Positions 24,318 to 37,200 of a DNA stretch of 64,000 nucleotides are shown one piece after another. Under the pieces are notes generated by a model. It searched no databases and was not told where the DNA came from. It saw only the letters and a list, made by a program, of their open reading frames with translations. Both the position numbers and the translations under genes were made by a program. This DNA is from Octopus bimaculoides (taxonomy: Eukaryota). The stretch lies in NCBI RefSeq assembly GCF_001194135.2, contig NC_068994.1, positions 6,647,292 to 6,711,291 on the forward strand, written 5' to 3'. Position 1 is the stretch's first letter. Every line of letters starts with the position of its first letter.

Positions 24318-26737
24318 TCCCTCAACCATCGCTTGACAACTAATGTTGGCATGTTTACATCTCTGGAACTAAGTGGTTCGGCAATTAAATCCTGGGGGTT
24401 GATTTGTTCGACTAAAGGGCGGTGCTCCGGCATGGCTACAGTCAAATGACAAACAAATAAAGAAGAATATAAATGTAGGACAAGTTAGGCAGACCAATAT
24501 ATAAAGTTTTACTATATTAATTAATACATGAAAAACAAGAAATGTATACAAACAATGTATGTTTACATACAAAAAACGTCCGACTTACACATTTGTATTG
24601 TGTGTAAGTCAGACCTTTCCACATGTAAACATTTCCACATTTTTTGTATGTATTCCTTGTGTTTCATGTATTAATAAAACTTTATATATTGATCTAACTT
24701 GTTTATCCCTACATTTATTTTATACCTGTTCAAGTTTAATTCTCTTGAGCACTACTGAGTGTATTTTATATGGAGAATATCTGATTCTCATCTATGAACT
24801 ATATATATATATATATATTACGGAGATGTACTTGCATAGCAAGTGACCTGATCTGAGATCGTGTGCTGGAACGAAAACAATTGCAGCGTGGAAGGTGTTT
24901 ATAAGCCATTTAAAATAACACACAAAAGCCGTCAGATTCACTTCAACATTTAAATTTAATTTATATATATATATTTATTTATATATAAAGAGAGGAGAAG
25001 ATTCTTACCGTTTTTAAGTCTGTAGGGTTGTTGCAGAAACTGGGCAGTAGACTCCAGAACTGTACCACAAGAGTGCCATATGTCTTAGCAGCAACAGTAT
25101 TTCCTTCAGCTTCATATTGGATACCTGGAACAAACCAATAACTAATTGTATTCTCCAACCAGAAAAGCTCGACAATGTTGTCACAATAAGGTTAAAAACA
25201 GCAAGAAGTCTCAGCAAGTTACGACGAGAGTGAGCAGATGGTATCAAACCAGGAATGGTTACATGGTTGCGAAGCTTGCTTCTAAGCCAAGTGTCTTCAA
25301 CTATGGCTCCAGGTCGACCAAAGCCTTGTGAGTGGATTTGGTAGATGGAAACTGAAAGAAGCCCATCATGTTTGTGTATATACACACTTGTGATGATTAT
25401 AAATAAACATCAACATCATACAAGGATGTGTTGAAAAGTTCCTGGCTTTAGGATCAGCTAATTCTGATCTTATTCAACATAGTCAGATCCATAAACCTAT
25501 CACAGTGGTCCTTCAGTTTTTCAAAGCCCTGTAAAAGAACTCGAATGACTGGGCTTCCAACCAGATCTTTCGAGATACCCTTAAAGCAAGGAACTTTTCA
25601 GCACCTCCTCATACACGTAATGTTTTTCATTTCCAGTCTTCCATGGCAAGAGAGAGAGAAAAAAAAAAAAGCATGGTTTGGTGACAGGAAGGGTGACCAT
25701 AGAAAAATCTGCCTCAGCAAACTGTGTTTGATCTAAACAAGCATGGCAGAGAAGATGTTGAATGATGAGGAAGAAAAACAACTGCTTTGTTTCAGCTAAT
25801 TATGAAATTAAGTATTTAGTAAAATCACTGTCATTAAGCTGGTGCTTCACACATAAACCAACAGAAAATTTTGATTTTCAAACAGGAAGCATCACAGAAC
25901 CAGGGATGATCTTAAAAGACCTGGTTTCAGGAGAGGTGGTCTCATAAGGGTTAAGGAAGGATTATGCCAGCCATTAAAACCAAAACACACCAAGCTTTAG
26001 AAAACAGTTAATACTGTAGAAGTTATGGTAGGTGTAGCCATCCGGTTTCACCAGTCCTCAGTCAAATCATCCAACCCATGCTAGCATGGAAAGCGGACGT
26101 TAAATGATGATGATGATGATGATGACGAATCTCACATTAAAGACTAAACTCATAACCAATCCCAGCTCTTTACCATCCATCACTCTTCAGTCTCTCATTC
26201 AGTAATCTAACCCTTTAGCATTTGAACTGGCCAGATCCAACCTCTCACACCTACCCTTCAATGTTATTCTAGAAATAAATAGTCATATCTTCAAAATACT
26301 GAAGTAACAAGATACTCCATGAGTCATTTTTTTAAAATGTGGATGAATAAACATTACATTTGATAAATTAATCTGATGATGAATGCTAAAGGGTTAAAAA
26401 GCTGACTTGTAACAACAACCATGAGACTAACTTTTATCCTGCAGTTTCTTTGATAGCGGCATGAAGTATGTCCGGAAGAATTCCAGCTCTGTGTTTGAAA
26501 TGTATTTCTTTAAAACTGGGACCAGCCAACTGCGTGGGAAACCGAGATCACGGCTGTAAAGGAATAAACAGCATAGCATGAGTGAAGTGGTAGTAGCAAT
26601 AGAGGTGGTGGTGAATGGTAGAGGGCAGAGGAAGCGAGAGAGTGTGGATACAGAGTGGAGACAGTGTGGAAGTGGAGTGTGGAGACAGAGTGAGAGAGAG
26701 AGAGAGAGAGACAGTGTAAGAAAGAGCAGAGGTAGAG

Positions 26738-26779
<42 letters not shown>

Positions 26780-27165
26780 GGTAGAGTCACTAGCATAGCT
26801 GAGTGGAGGTGGGCACACTTTTAGGTCTGCAGTAGGTAATATGTGTTTTTTTGTGGGGTCTGGGGGTGGAAAATGGAAGGGATGCCCTGGGCAGCACACA
26901 CTCTAGCAATGCTTGTGGGCAGAGTGTGAGAAAGAGTGGAGGTAGAGTGGGGAGACAGAACTGAGAGAGAGAGAAAGTGGAGGTAGAGTGTTAGTCAGAA
27001 TGAAGGTATAAAAGGAGAAGTTGGACAGAGGCAGATACAATGGCTGACTGTGGTAGAGAGAGAAATATGACAATACTGGGAAAGGCCAAGAGACAAAAAC
27101 ACGGACACAGGAGGGAGGGAGGGAGAGAGAGAGAGAGAGAGAGAGATAAAGAGAGAGAGAGAGAT

Positions 27166-27210
<45 letters not shown>

Positions 27211-30015
27211 TATTTTGGTTTATCAGAAGATACCATTTAGAGCAGGCAAAGCATGAAGTACTTACCCATCACCCGACACCTGTAGTGGTATGATCTCCAG
27301 TACACCCTTTGGGCCCATTGATTTGATAGCACTGCCAATAGCCTGGTCTATTTCAGATTTGAACTTGAAGTCAGGGGAGTCACGCATGTTGGATAAAGAG
27401 CCAAGAGCCTGGTAACATAAGAGTGTGAGATATATACATTGTAGAGAGGCAGAGAGGAGAGGTGTAGTGTATGGTATAGGACAATGTAGCATATCACTGA
27501 ATGATAGTGTGGTACATATAGTATAGTACTGAATGGTACATTGTAGTGTGGTATATGGTATAGTATCTTTTATTTTTTTACTTGTCTGAGGCATTAAACT
27601 GTGGCCATGTTGGGGCACCACCTTGAAGAATTTTAGGCAAAGGAATTGACCCCTGTACTTTTTTTTTCACTGTTCCATCGGTCACTTTTGTCAAACCACT
27701 AAGTTACAGGGATGTAAACGCACCAACACCAGTTGCCAAGTGGTGGTGGGGGAGAAACACAATGACACACATGCACGAATGTAGGATAGGATTCTTTCAG
27801 TTTTCATCCACTCACAAGGGTTTGGTTGGCCTGAAGCTTTAGTAGAAGACACTTGCCCAAGGTGCCATGCAGTGGGACTGAACCCAGAACCATGTGGTTG
27901 GGAAGCAAGCTTCTTCATTTCAATAAATTTCGCCATGAAGGCGTTACAAAGAGTGGACAAACAGCACGCTTCTTACCACACAGCCACTCTTGTACCTATG
28001 TACTGTATGGTAGTAAGGAAAATGGTGTAGTACTGAATGGTATCATGGTGTATGCTTTAGTATTATAGTGTGCGGTATGGTATAGTACTGTGGTAGTATG
28101 GAAACCCTTTTATGATATAATATAAAAGCTGAACTTACTGGCTTCATTAAATCCGGATAATGACCTCCTGCAACCTGACAAAGAAAGGAAAATAACGTTT
28201 ATACATATATATATAGTCAACACAAAGAAAAATATTGAATCATATAATATTATTGAAGCAGGAAGGTGCCATAGGGAGACAGGGTTTGAGAAGGTGAATG
28301 GTACTGCTTCATCACCTCTGTTTTAGATATAAAACAACAACAACAATGGAGCTTGAAGACCTCATTTCCAGAGTAAATCACTGAAGAAGGTGAACCCATG
28401 AGAGGAAGGTTGAATGACAGTCAGTTCTCTATTGAATATGCACAGTGTTGTGTGCTGGAGGGGACATGTTCTTGTGAGACTGGCAGATGCTTTATGTTAC
28501 TATTATTAAATGTGCACTAACATATATATATCTTATCTTTCTAGTCATTAGACTGCAACCATGTTGGGGCAGTGCCTTAAAGAATTTTAGTCAAACAAAT
28601 CAACTCCAAGGAATTCTTACCTCTAACATGACAGTCAACACAGAAATAACATGTTTCCAGGCAGTGTGGTATTGATAGTTCAATCCAGTGGATGTTGCTT
28701 TGACAACCTGTTGCAGACATGGGTTAATGTTCTCTTTGTCTGTCGTGGAAGATGATGGCTTGGCCTCAACAAGTCTTGAGACGCATTCTTTGAAGACGTC
28801 CTACAGATACCGGAAAAAGAAAAGGAAAAAAGTTTACATCACAGTATATATAATAAAACCAACACGAGCTGTGGTTAACCACATGCTACATGGTCATGGC
28901 AAATGAGGAAGTACCTCATAGAATTAGGGAGTGATTGGGACACAGCTCAGAGTAGGGAAAGAAAAGGGAGAATAGGAAAGCTTCTGACAATGCAGAAAGT
29001 TTCACAAAACCTTTATATTTGAAGCACAAAGGCCCATTCTTAGAAAAAAAACAGTCTTGGAAATGCCTAGTGATACAGATTCCGTTAACTTATTCAGAAT
29101 CCTCAGCATTATGTTAGCAGTAGCAACTCTCCAAGCATTGGTGTAAACAAACATCCAAATGTTGCTGGCATGGGTTGGATGGTTTGACTTAAAAACTGGT
29201 AAGCTGGGGAGCTGCACTAGGTTCTGATCAGATTCAGCATGGTTTCTACAGCTGGATGACCTTCCTAATGCCAACCACTCCAGGAATGTAGCGAGTGTTT
29301 TCTCCATGCCACCAGCATGGGTGCCAGGTACTTAACACCAGCATCCCTCAAAACTATGGTCTCACTTGGCTTGACAGGTCTTCTCAAGCACGGGTCTATT
29401 TCTACATATGCATGCATCATGCACAAGCGTGTACAAAATAGGCTCAATGTCCAGACAGCTGTCTAAAATCACCAGTGTCCGATCATCTCATCTTACAGTC
29501 ACATCGTCGCTTTACAATCGTCCCTTTGTGTCCTTGACAGTAAATGTCACAATAGGTGACACTGTGCAAGCGTAGAAAGTTGGGAGAGAGAATAAATCAT
29601 CTAAAGTGCAGTTACCTGTAACGCACCAGCTGCAGTCTGTTGCACATCAGGGTTTTCCACCAGGAGGTACTTCATGGATGTGGTGACCAATTTTGGAAGG
29701 TGGTTTTGACCCAACTCAATGTCTTGCCTGTAAATATTTTTGAAAAAGATCAGTTATAACAACAATTATCATCACCATCATCATTTAACGTCTACTTTTC
29801 CATGCTTGCATGGGTCAGATGGAATTTGTTGAGGCAGATTTTCTACAGCTGGATGCCCTTCCTAATGCCAACCACTTCGAGAATGTAATGGGTGCTTTTA
29901 CGTGCCACTTGCATGACACCAGTATCTGCCATCACTGCAATTTTTATTTGGCTTGATGGGTCTTCTTCTCAAGTACGACAATGCCAAAGGTCTTGGTCAT
30001 TGCCTCTGTGAGGCC

Positions 30016-30056
<41 letters not shown>

Positions 30057-33000
30057 AGATACCACAGACACACACAAATATAAAATATATGATGATGATG
30101 ATGATGATGATATATATATATATATACATACATACACAAACCACATGCACACATGTGATATGGTTTCTATCAAATTTCAATGGTCAATCTAAGGCTATGG
30201 CAAAAAGTGCCACATAGTGGGATTGACACCAAAACCACAAAATTGTGAAGCAAACATCTTAACCATATGGCCATGCCTGAGCAGATACCATTAAATAAAG
30301 ACTAACTTGACTATTCACTTACTTGCACAGATTAATAATAGACTTCTCCATAACAGTCAACCAGGCACAGGATGGTTGAACATCTGTCACTAATGGTTGG
30401 TAATCATACAGAGCCTACAGAAAAAAAATGACAAAAATTCATTAAGTTTAACCCTTTATATTTAAACGGGGCATATCTAGCCTAAATGTTGTACCCGTTT
30501 TATGTTCAAACTAACTAGATCTGGCCTCTTACACCTACCCTACAATGTCATTTTAAAAATAAACAACCACATCAATGAAATTTCAAAACTTTGAGATTAA
30601 TTCAAAACAATGTGAATTTATAAGCATTATGTTTGACAGTGATCTGAATGGTCGCTGACCACTACATTTATATTTTTTTCTGTCCTTGTTTCTTACTGTG
30701 TTCCTTTCAGTTGAAGAGCGTAGCTCGAAACGTTAAAGACTTTCTCTATTCCCGAGCGTTAAACTAATACATCCATTTGTTGTTTACACCACCTGTCTTC
30801 GTCTGTTGTTTTTTTCGTAAATTCTCCCATTAATAAAAACACATCTGGTTCAACATCACAGCCTGCTCTCTCCTCCACCTATGTACCTGTAGTAGAGCTC
30901 ATTATGGTTAACAACTGGATCGTTCTAGTGGTTGTCTTTGTCAAAAGTTTACTCTACAAACTCAGCCATATCTGGTCAAAATATTCTACCTGTTTGATCT
31001 TCAAATCAGCCAGATCTGTCCTCTTACACCCACCCAACAATATCATCCTAAAAATAAGCAATCACATCATTGAAATAGCTATGAAATAATGCCTGATCAA
31101 TTCGAAACAATGCAGATAAATAAGCCTTATTCTGCAGAAAAATCTGAATACTTACTGTGATTAGCTGAGCATTGAGGTGGCTTCCGAGATTCCCCAAACT
31201 TGGATCAACGCTGACCAATCCAAAGAGACATTGCATGCAGCAAGCCACAACCAACTGAAAGGAGAGAGAAACCGAGGAAATGAGAGACGGAAATAAGACA
31301 TTGTTAAGTATACTGGGAATTTGAAGATTAAACATACACGCTGGTACTGCACTTAGAGTCACAGATGGCAAGCCTGGGATTGTGCCATGATCACCCCACC
31401 GCACTTGAGTCACAGACAGTAGTGTAAGACTGAGTTACAAACAACAGTGTAACTGCTTCAAGTCAGACTGCAGTGTGACTGCCTTGAGTCACAGAAAGCA
31501 GTGTAACACTGAACCACACACAGTAGTGCAACTGCTTCGAGTCAAACAGCAGCCCAACACTTTGAATCACAGTTTCATAAAATCAAACATAAAAGAATTT
31601 CCAAAGAAGTTTGCTGACTTTATCGACAACTGTTAGTTACAGTCCATGTTACACACGTCACAGCTTGGAGGTACAAAACTAGATTACACAGCCTTGAGAC
31701 ATCATTGATAATTTCAGAACATCCTCATCCACTTTTGGGTCATTACTGTCTTGAGTTCTGGGACACACAAGGCCTATTAAGTTTCCATGGCATATAAATG
31801 ACCAAGATCACAATGCTCACCCTGGATGGGATGCCAGTCCATTCCTGAGTTTACTCATTTGCAGTTAAGTGGACTGGAGCAATGGGAAATGAAGTGTTTT
31901 GCTCAAGAAAACAATGCATTGCCCGATCCAGGAACTGAACCCATGATCTTGTGATTGTGAATGCAACACCCTAACCACTAGGCCAAGTAGCTTCAATTCA
32001 GAACACCACAGGTCAAAGTTCATTAAAGACTGTAACAACAAGTATAGGGTGCAGAGAACTAAGTAAACACACATGGGGGATACTTACTGGTGTAGCAAGG
32101 GTCATGACCTTCAGGATAGCTTCACACATGGCCTGGATGTCACTCTGAGCCAGGACAGGAAAAATTTGCTTGACCAGCATCAGGACATGAAGGGTGCTGA
32201 CAGCATCAGAACCACCTGGTGGGAAGCAGAAACGGTGAGGAAAAAACATTAAAAAATTGTTAGGAACAACAGGTACGATAGATCTACCACCATTTCTAAA
32301 TTTGACCCTTTAACATCGAATTCACACTAAATTAAATATGCATTATATCATAGCCTTGAGATTTTAATGATGTGATTGTTTATTCTTAGAGTGACATTGT
32401 AGGGGAGGTGTAAGAAGTAGCCCTGTTTAAGTAGACCCTACCCTCACCTATGATTAAAGACATTCTAGCCATGACCATCCTGTTTAGTTGCTTTTTTTTG
32501 CCTATGTGCAGGAGACCCAGAACTACACTTTCTCCCCTCCATACACACACAAGCATGTATCTGGCTCATACACTGTTCACTTTCCAGACATATGTACAAT
32601 ACTGCATATGCTTTATGCGCACTTTTGACAAGTTGTAGTGCACCTGAGCACTGTATACAATTTCAGTATTATTATTATTATTATCCAACATATCCTTTTC
32701 TTAGACAGTTAGGGTATGATGTGAGGGTGACTTAGCTACTATTTCTTGCAGATCAAACACAAAAGATAATTTTGCGAGTGGACTTGGTAGATAGAAATTG
32801 ATAGAAGTCCATTGCATGTGTGTGTCTGGGTTTATATGTAAATATATATGTGTGTGTGTCTATAAGTATATATATGTGTGTCTATAAGTATATATACATA
32901 TATGTGTGTGTTGGGTCTATATGTAAGTGTGTGTGTGAGTATGTGTTCTTGTGTCTCCTTGTCTTGACATCGCATGATAGTTATGAGCATTATGCTCTTA

Positions 33001-34184
33001 AGCAGTGTTATTCATTCCCAATATTCTGTGAAGAACATGTCTGGCCATGGGGGAAATAGTACCTCCCTTAGAAACAGGTGAGGGTTGGTGATAGAAAGGG
33101 CATCCAGCTGTAGAAAATCTGACAAATTACATCCGACCCATGCAAGCATGTAAAAGTGGACGTTAAAATGGCGATGATTATCATCATACCCCCCATAGTC
33201 TTACAGCCACTGGCAGCAAAGGTTGGGGGGGGGGGATACTTGTGAATGGGTTTGTCGAGAAAACTTACCACCAGACTCTTCAATTTTCTTAATGCAATGC
33301 TTTGCAGTGGGAGGCGCCATAGGATGACAAATAGGAGGTTTGTCAGACTTCATTATGGCGCTGTTCTTCAGAATCTTCTCAATACATTCATGTGACAGCT
33401 TTCGTATCTGTTATACAGCAGGAAAGGAGAATATTAGAAGAAGGAGAATATTAGAAGAAGGAGAATATTAGAAGAAGGAGAATATTAGAAGAAGGAAAAA
33501 AAAAAAAGACAAAAAACAAAGAAAATTAAATTAAAAAAAGAGAAAAATTGAAGAACAAGTATGGAAAAATATCATATAATCTTCTGGAGGCACATGGTTT
33601 AGTGGTTAGGGTGTTGGACATATGATCATAAGATTGTGGTTTCGATTCCCAGACTGGGCTATGTGTCATGTTCTAGAGCCAGTAACTTTAGGGAGCTGGG
33701 ATTAGTTTTATGATTATATATTTTTATGATTTAAGTTTGTAGATTTTTAAAAATAACTAAGGAATGAAGTTGTAACTACGGAGACTGACCACATATGCCC
33801 CTCCCTTCCACAATAACCACTAAAAGTGACCACACTTGGCCACTTCTAGACATAGAAAATAGTCTTCACTCAATGGTCACACTGAAAGTGACCAGCTGTG
33901 GTCATTTACTAAAATCATTGTGTATGGTCATTTTCAGAGGCCATCATTGGCCACAGAAACTGACCACAATCTATCAACAAGTATTCCTCTCGACAAACAA
34001 GCAATTATAGACAGTTACTAACCTTTGGTTTCTTGTGGGTAATAAAGGCCAACACACTAAGATAGATCTGTTGGGTAGACGACAGCTCCCACACCGATGC
34101 AGTCTGTGCACACAGCAAATATGATAAACAACGCAGCAGCTGGAAAAAGAACAGATTATGGGTGACTTATATCGAGTATTTATC

Positions 34185-34217
<33 letters not shown>

Positions 34218-37200
34218 TTTCTTTTCTATTTGTTTTTCTGAGAAGTAGAGAGTGAGTTGTAATTATGATTGTAATTAAGAACGTGTGACTAGGCTTGAAT
34301 GCTTGCAACAGAGTGGACCTGTGAACTCTGTTGAAGGCACCCAGACTTGGTGATGGATTCAAGTCTACCACTCAAGTAAGAGTGGGTGGGTGGATAGGTG
34401 GAATCTGAACCCAGAATACAATGAATTGAAACAAAAAACACAAGGCGTTTGGTCCAACATTCTTACAGTTTCGCTAATCTTTTGTCCTGTATTGGTACTT
34501 TAAAAGAATATTTTTATTGACCCTGAAAAGATGCAAGGTAATATTGGTTTCAAATTTTAGCACAAGGCCAGCAGTTTCAGGGGAGGAGGTAAATCAATCC
34601 CATTGACCCCAGTATGCAACTGGTACTTATTTCATTGACCCCAAAAGGACGAAATGCAATGTGGGCCTTGGTGGAATTTGAACTCAGAACGTAAAGACAG
34701 ATGAAGTGTCGCTAAGCATTTAGCCCAACGAGCTTATGATTCTGTCAGTTCACCCCGATGTGTCACACAAATTGGCATGTAAATGCACCCCGGTGTCACG
34801 CAAATGGCACCCGTGTCGGTGGCACATAAAAGCACCCATTACACCCTCGGAGTGGTTGGCATTAAGGAAGGGCATCTAGCCATAGAAAACCACGCCAGAT
34901 CAGACTGGATCCTGACGCAGCCTTCCAGCATGCCAGCCCAAACTGTCCAACCCATGCCAGCATGGACAACAGACCTTAAATGATGATGATATACAGTCAT
35001 TGAGAAACACTGCTTCAAGTGACTGCTACCATCCTGTGGTAGTGTTTCTTAAATCAGATTTAATATGCATAGACACTCACACACAAATAAAATACTCAAT
35101 AACTTATACAGTAGTCTGGGTAATGCTGAAGGCCATTGCTTCACATAGTGACACTGACAAGTAAGTTGCTGTTGCAGTATTCCTCAGTTAACATTTAACA
35201 CACACACACTATACCAGCAATATAGATACTGTCTCATATACATACATACACTCACACACTAGCAGCCAAAGACTGTCTGTTTTTCTCTCACACACACAAT
35301 TATGTCTACTCACAAACCACAATTCAATATTTATCTTCATCAACAGACACTGTTGCTGTTGGGAAATATCAACTATCACAATAAACTTTCAGGGAGCCTG
35401 TCTTTACAATGACAACCTAGACTTTCCCCATCTCTACTTCAACAGTTCTTTGGTCACAGCAATTAAAAACATACACAAAAAACGAGGGGGGTGTTAAAAA
35501 AAAAGATCACTTGTTTTTTACTTACAGATTTCACCATTGATGTATTGTCACCATCAGAGTGTTTGACAAGGATATCCAGCAGTTTCTTGGATACTTCGGA
35601 GAATCGGCTGATGAGGACAGCCTCAGGGACCCTAAATTCAAGAAGAGGGGTGAGAGGAAATGTAAAGGGCTTTAGGGATTTACGTTTTGGTGTGTAGATT
35701 GTTAGCATATATATATACACCTTCACACACACACATATAGAAGAATAAAGAGTAAAAGTAGGTAGAATACAGGCAGGAGAATAAGGTTCACAAGTCATTA
35801 TTCTCCTGCCTATATTCTTCTAACTACTTGTACTTTATTCTATTTATTCCTTATAAACTGTGAATTCTCCCCGTCTGAAATATTCATACTCTGTCTCTGA
35901 TGATGGAATACCCAGTGCATGGACATGCTAACCAATCACTTGGGTTATCCCAGAAACAGCTGTAAGACTTCAAATTCACCTTACCCTAATTAAAATATTC
36001 TAAATGATTTGAGATACTCGTTTTGCCTTGGTTTTGATTTTTCCTTAATATATACCGACTATAATGGAACCCTAGATCCAGCCTTATTTGTGATCTTGGA
36101 ACCTAACGGTCGACTAACTACAGTACTTACCCAGCGTACCTATTCGTTTAGATCACAAGTGAACTAAACTTCTCATAATCTTTATATTATTATATATATG
36201 TATGTAAGAGGTAGACAGTGATACAGCTTATCAGATAAAGAGAGATATTTAAAGCAAGTGCAACACAGTAAGAAGAAGAATAAAGCAATGAAGTGGAAAT
36301 CTTACTTGCTGATCACAACACCAAGAAGATAAAGTGTGGCTGTGAGTCCATCCTCAATGTCCATTGTATCAAGAGCAGTGATCTGGAAATGTAAACAGTT
36401 ACATGTATTTACTTAATTATCCACTAAGTTGCAGGAACTTAATTGAAATTTTAACCCTTAAACTATGTAACTCAATTTCATGGTTATTCCCATAGTGATG
36501 TTAAATATCTACAAAAACATAGAATTGGGTTTCTCTACATAACTGAAATGACCATGAAATTTAATTTTGCAGTTAAAGGGTTAACATCCATTTTTGCCAT
36601 GCTAGCATGTGTTAGATGAGTTATCTTATAGATTGATATATACATATACACTTTTACTTGTTTCAGTCATTTGACTGTGGCCATGCTGGAGCACCGCCTT
36701 TAGTCGAGCAGATCGACCTCGGGACTTATTCTTTTTAAGCCTAGTACTTATTCTATTGGTCTCTTATTGCCGAACCGCTAAGTGACGGGGACATAAACAC
36801 ACCAGCATCGGTTGTCAAGCAATGCTAGGGGGACAAACACAGACACACAAACATACATACACATATATACGACGGGCTTCTTTCAGTTTCCGCCTCCCAA
36901 ATCCATTCACAAGGCTTTAGTCAGCCCGAGGCTATAGCAGAAGACACTTGCCCAAGGTGCCACGCAGTGGGACTGAACCCGGAACCATGTGGTTGGTATG
37001 CAAGCTACTTACCACACAGCCACTCCTATATATATATATAAATATAATACAGTAGAAAGCTGTCTTATATATCAATCGGTCACTTGCTTAGTCCGTGAAT
37101 CAAACCCATGGTCACTTGCTTAGTCCGTGAATCAAACCCACGGTCACTTGCTTAGTCCATGAATCAAACCCACGGTCACTTGCTTAGTCCGTGAATCAAA

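Noticed and set aside
26510-27240. ORFs rich in SLSLSL/ERERER
   Set aside because: Translations of (AG)n microsatellites.
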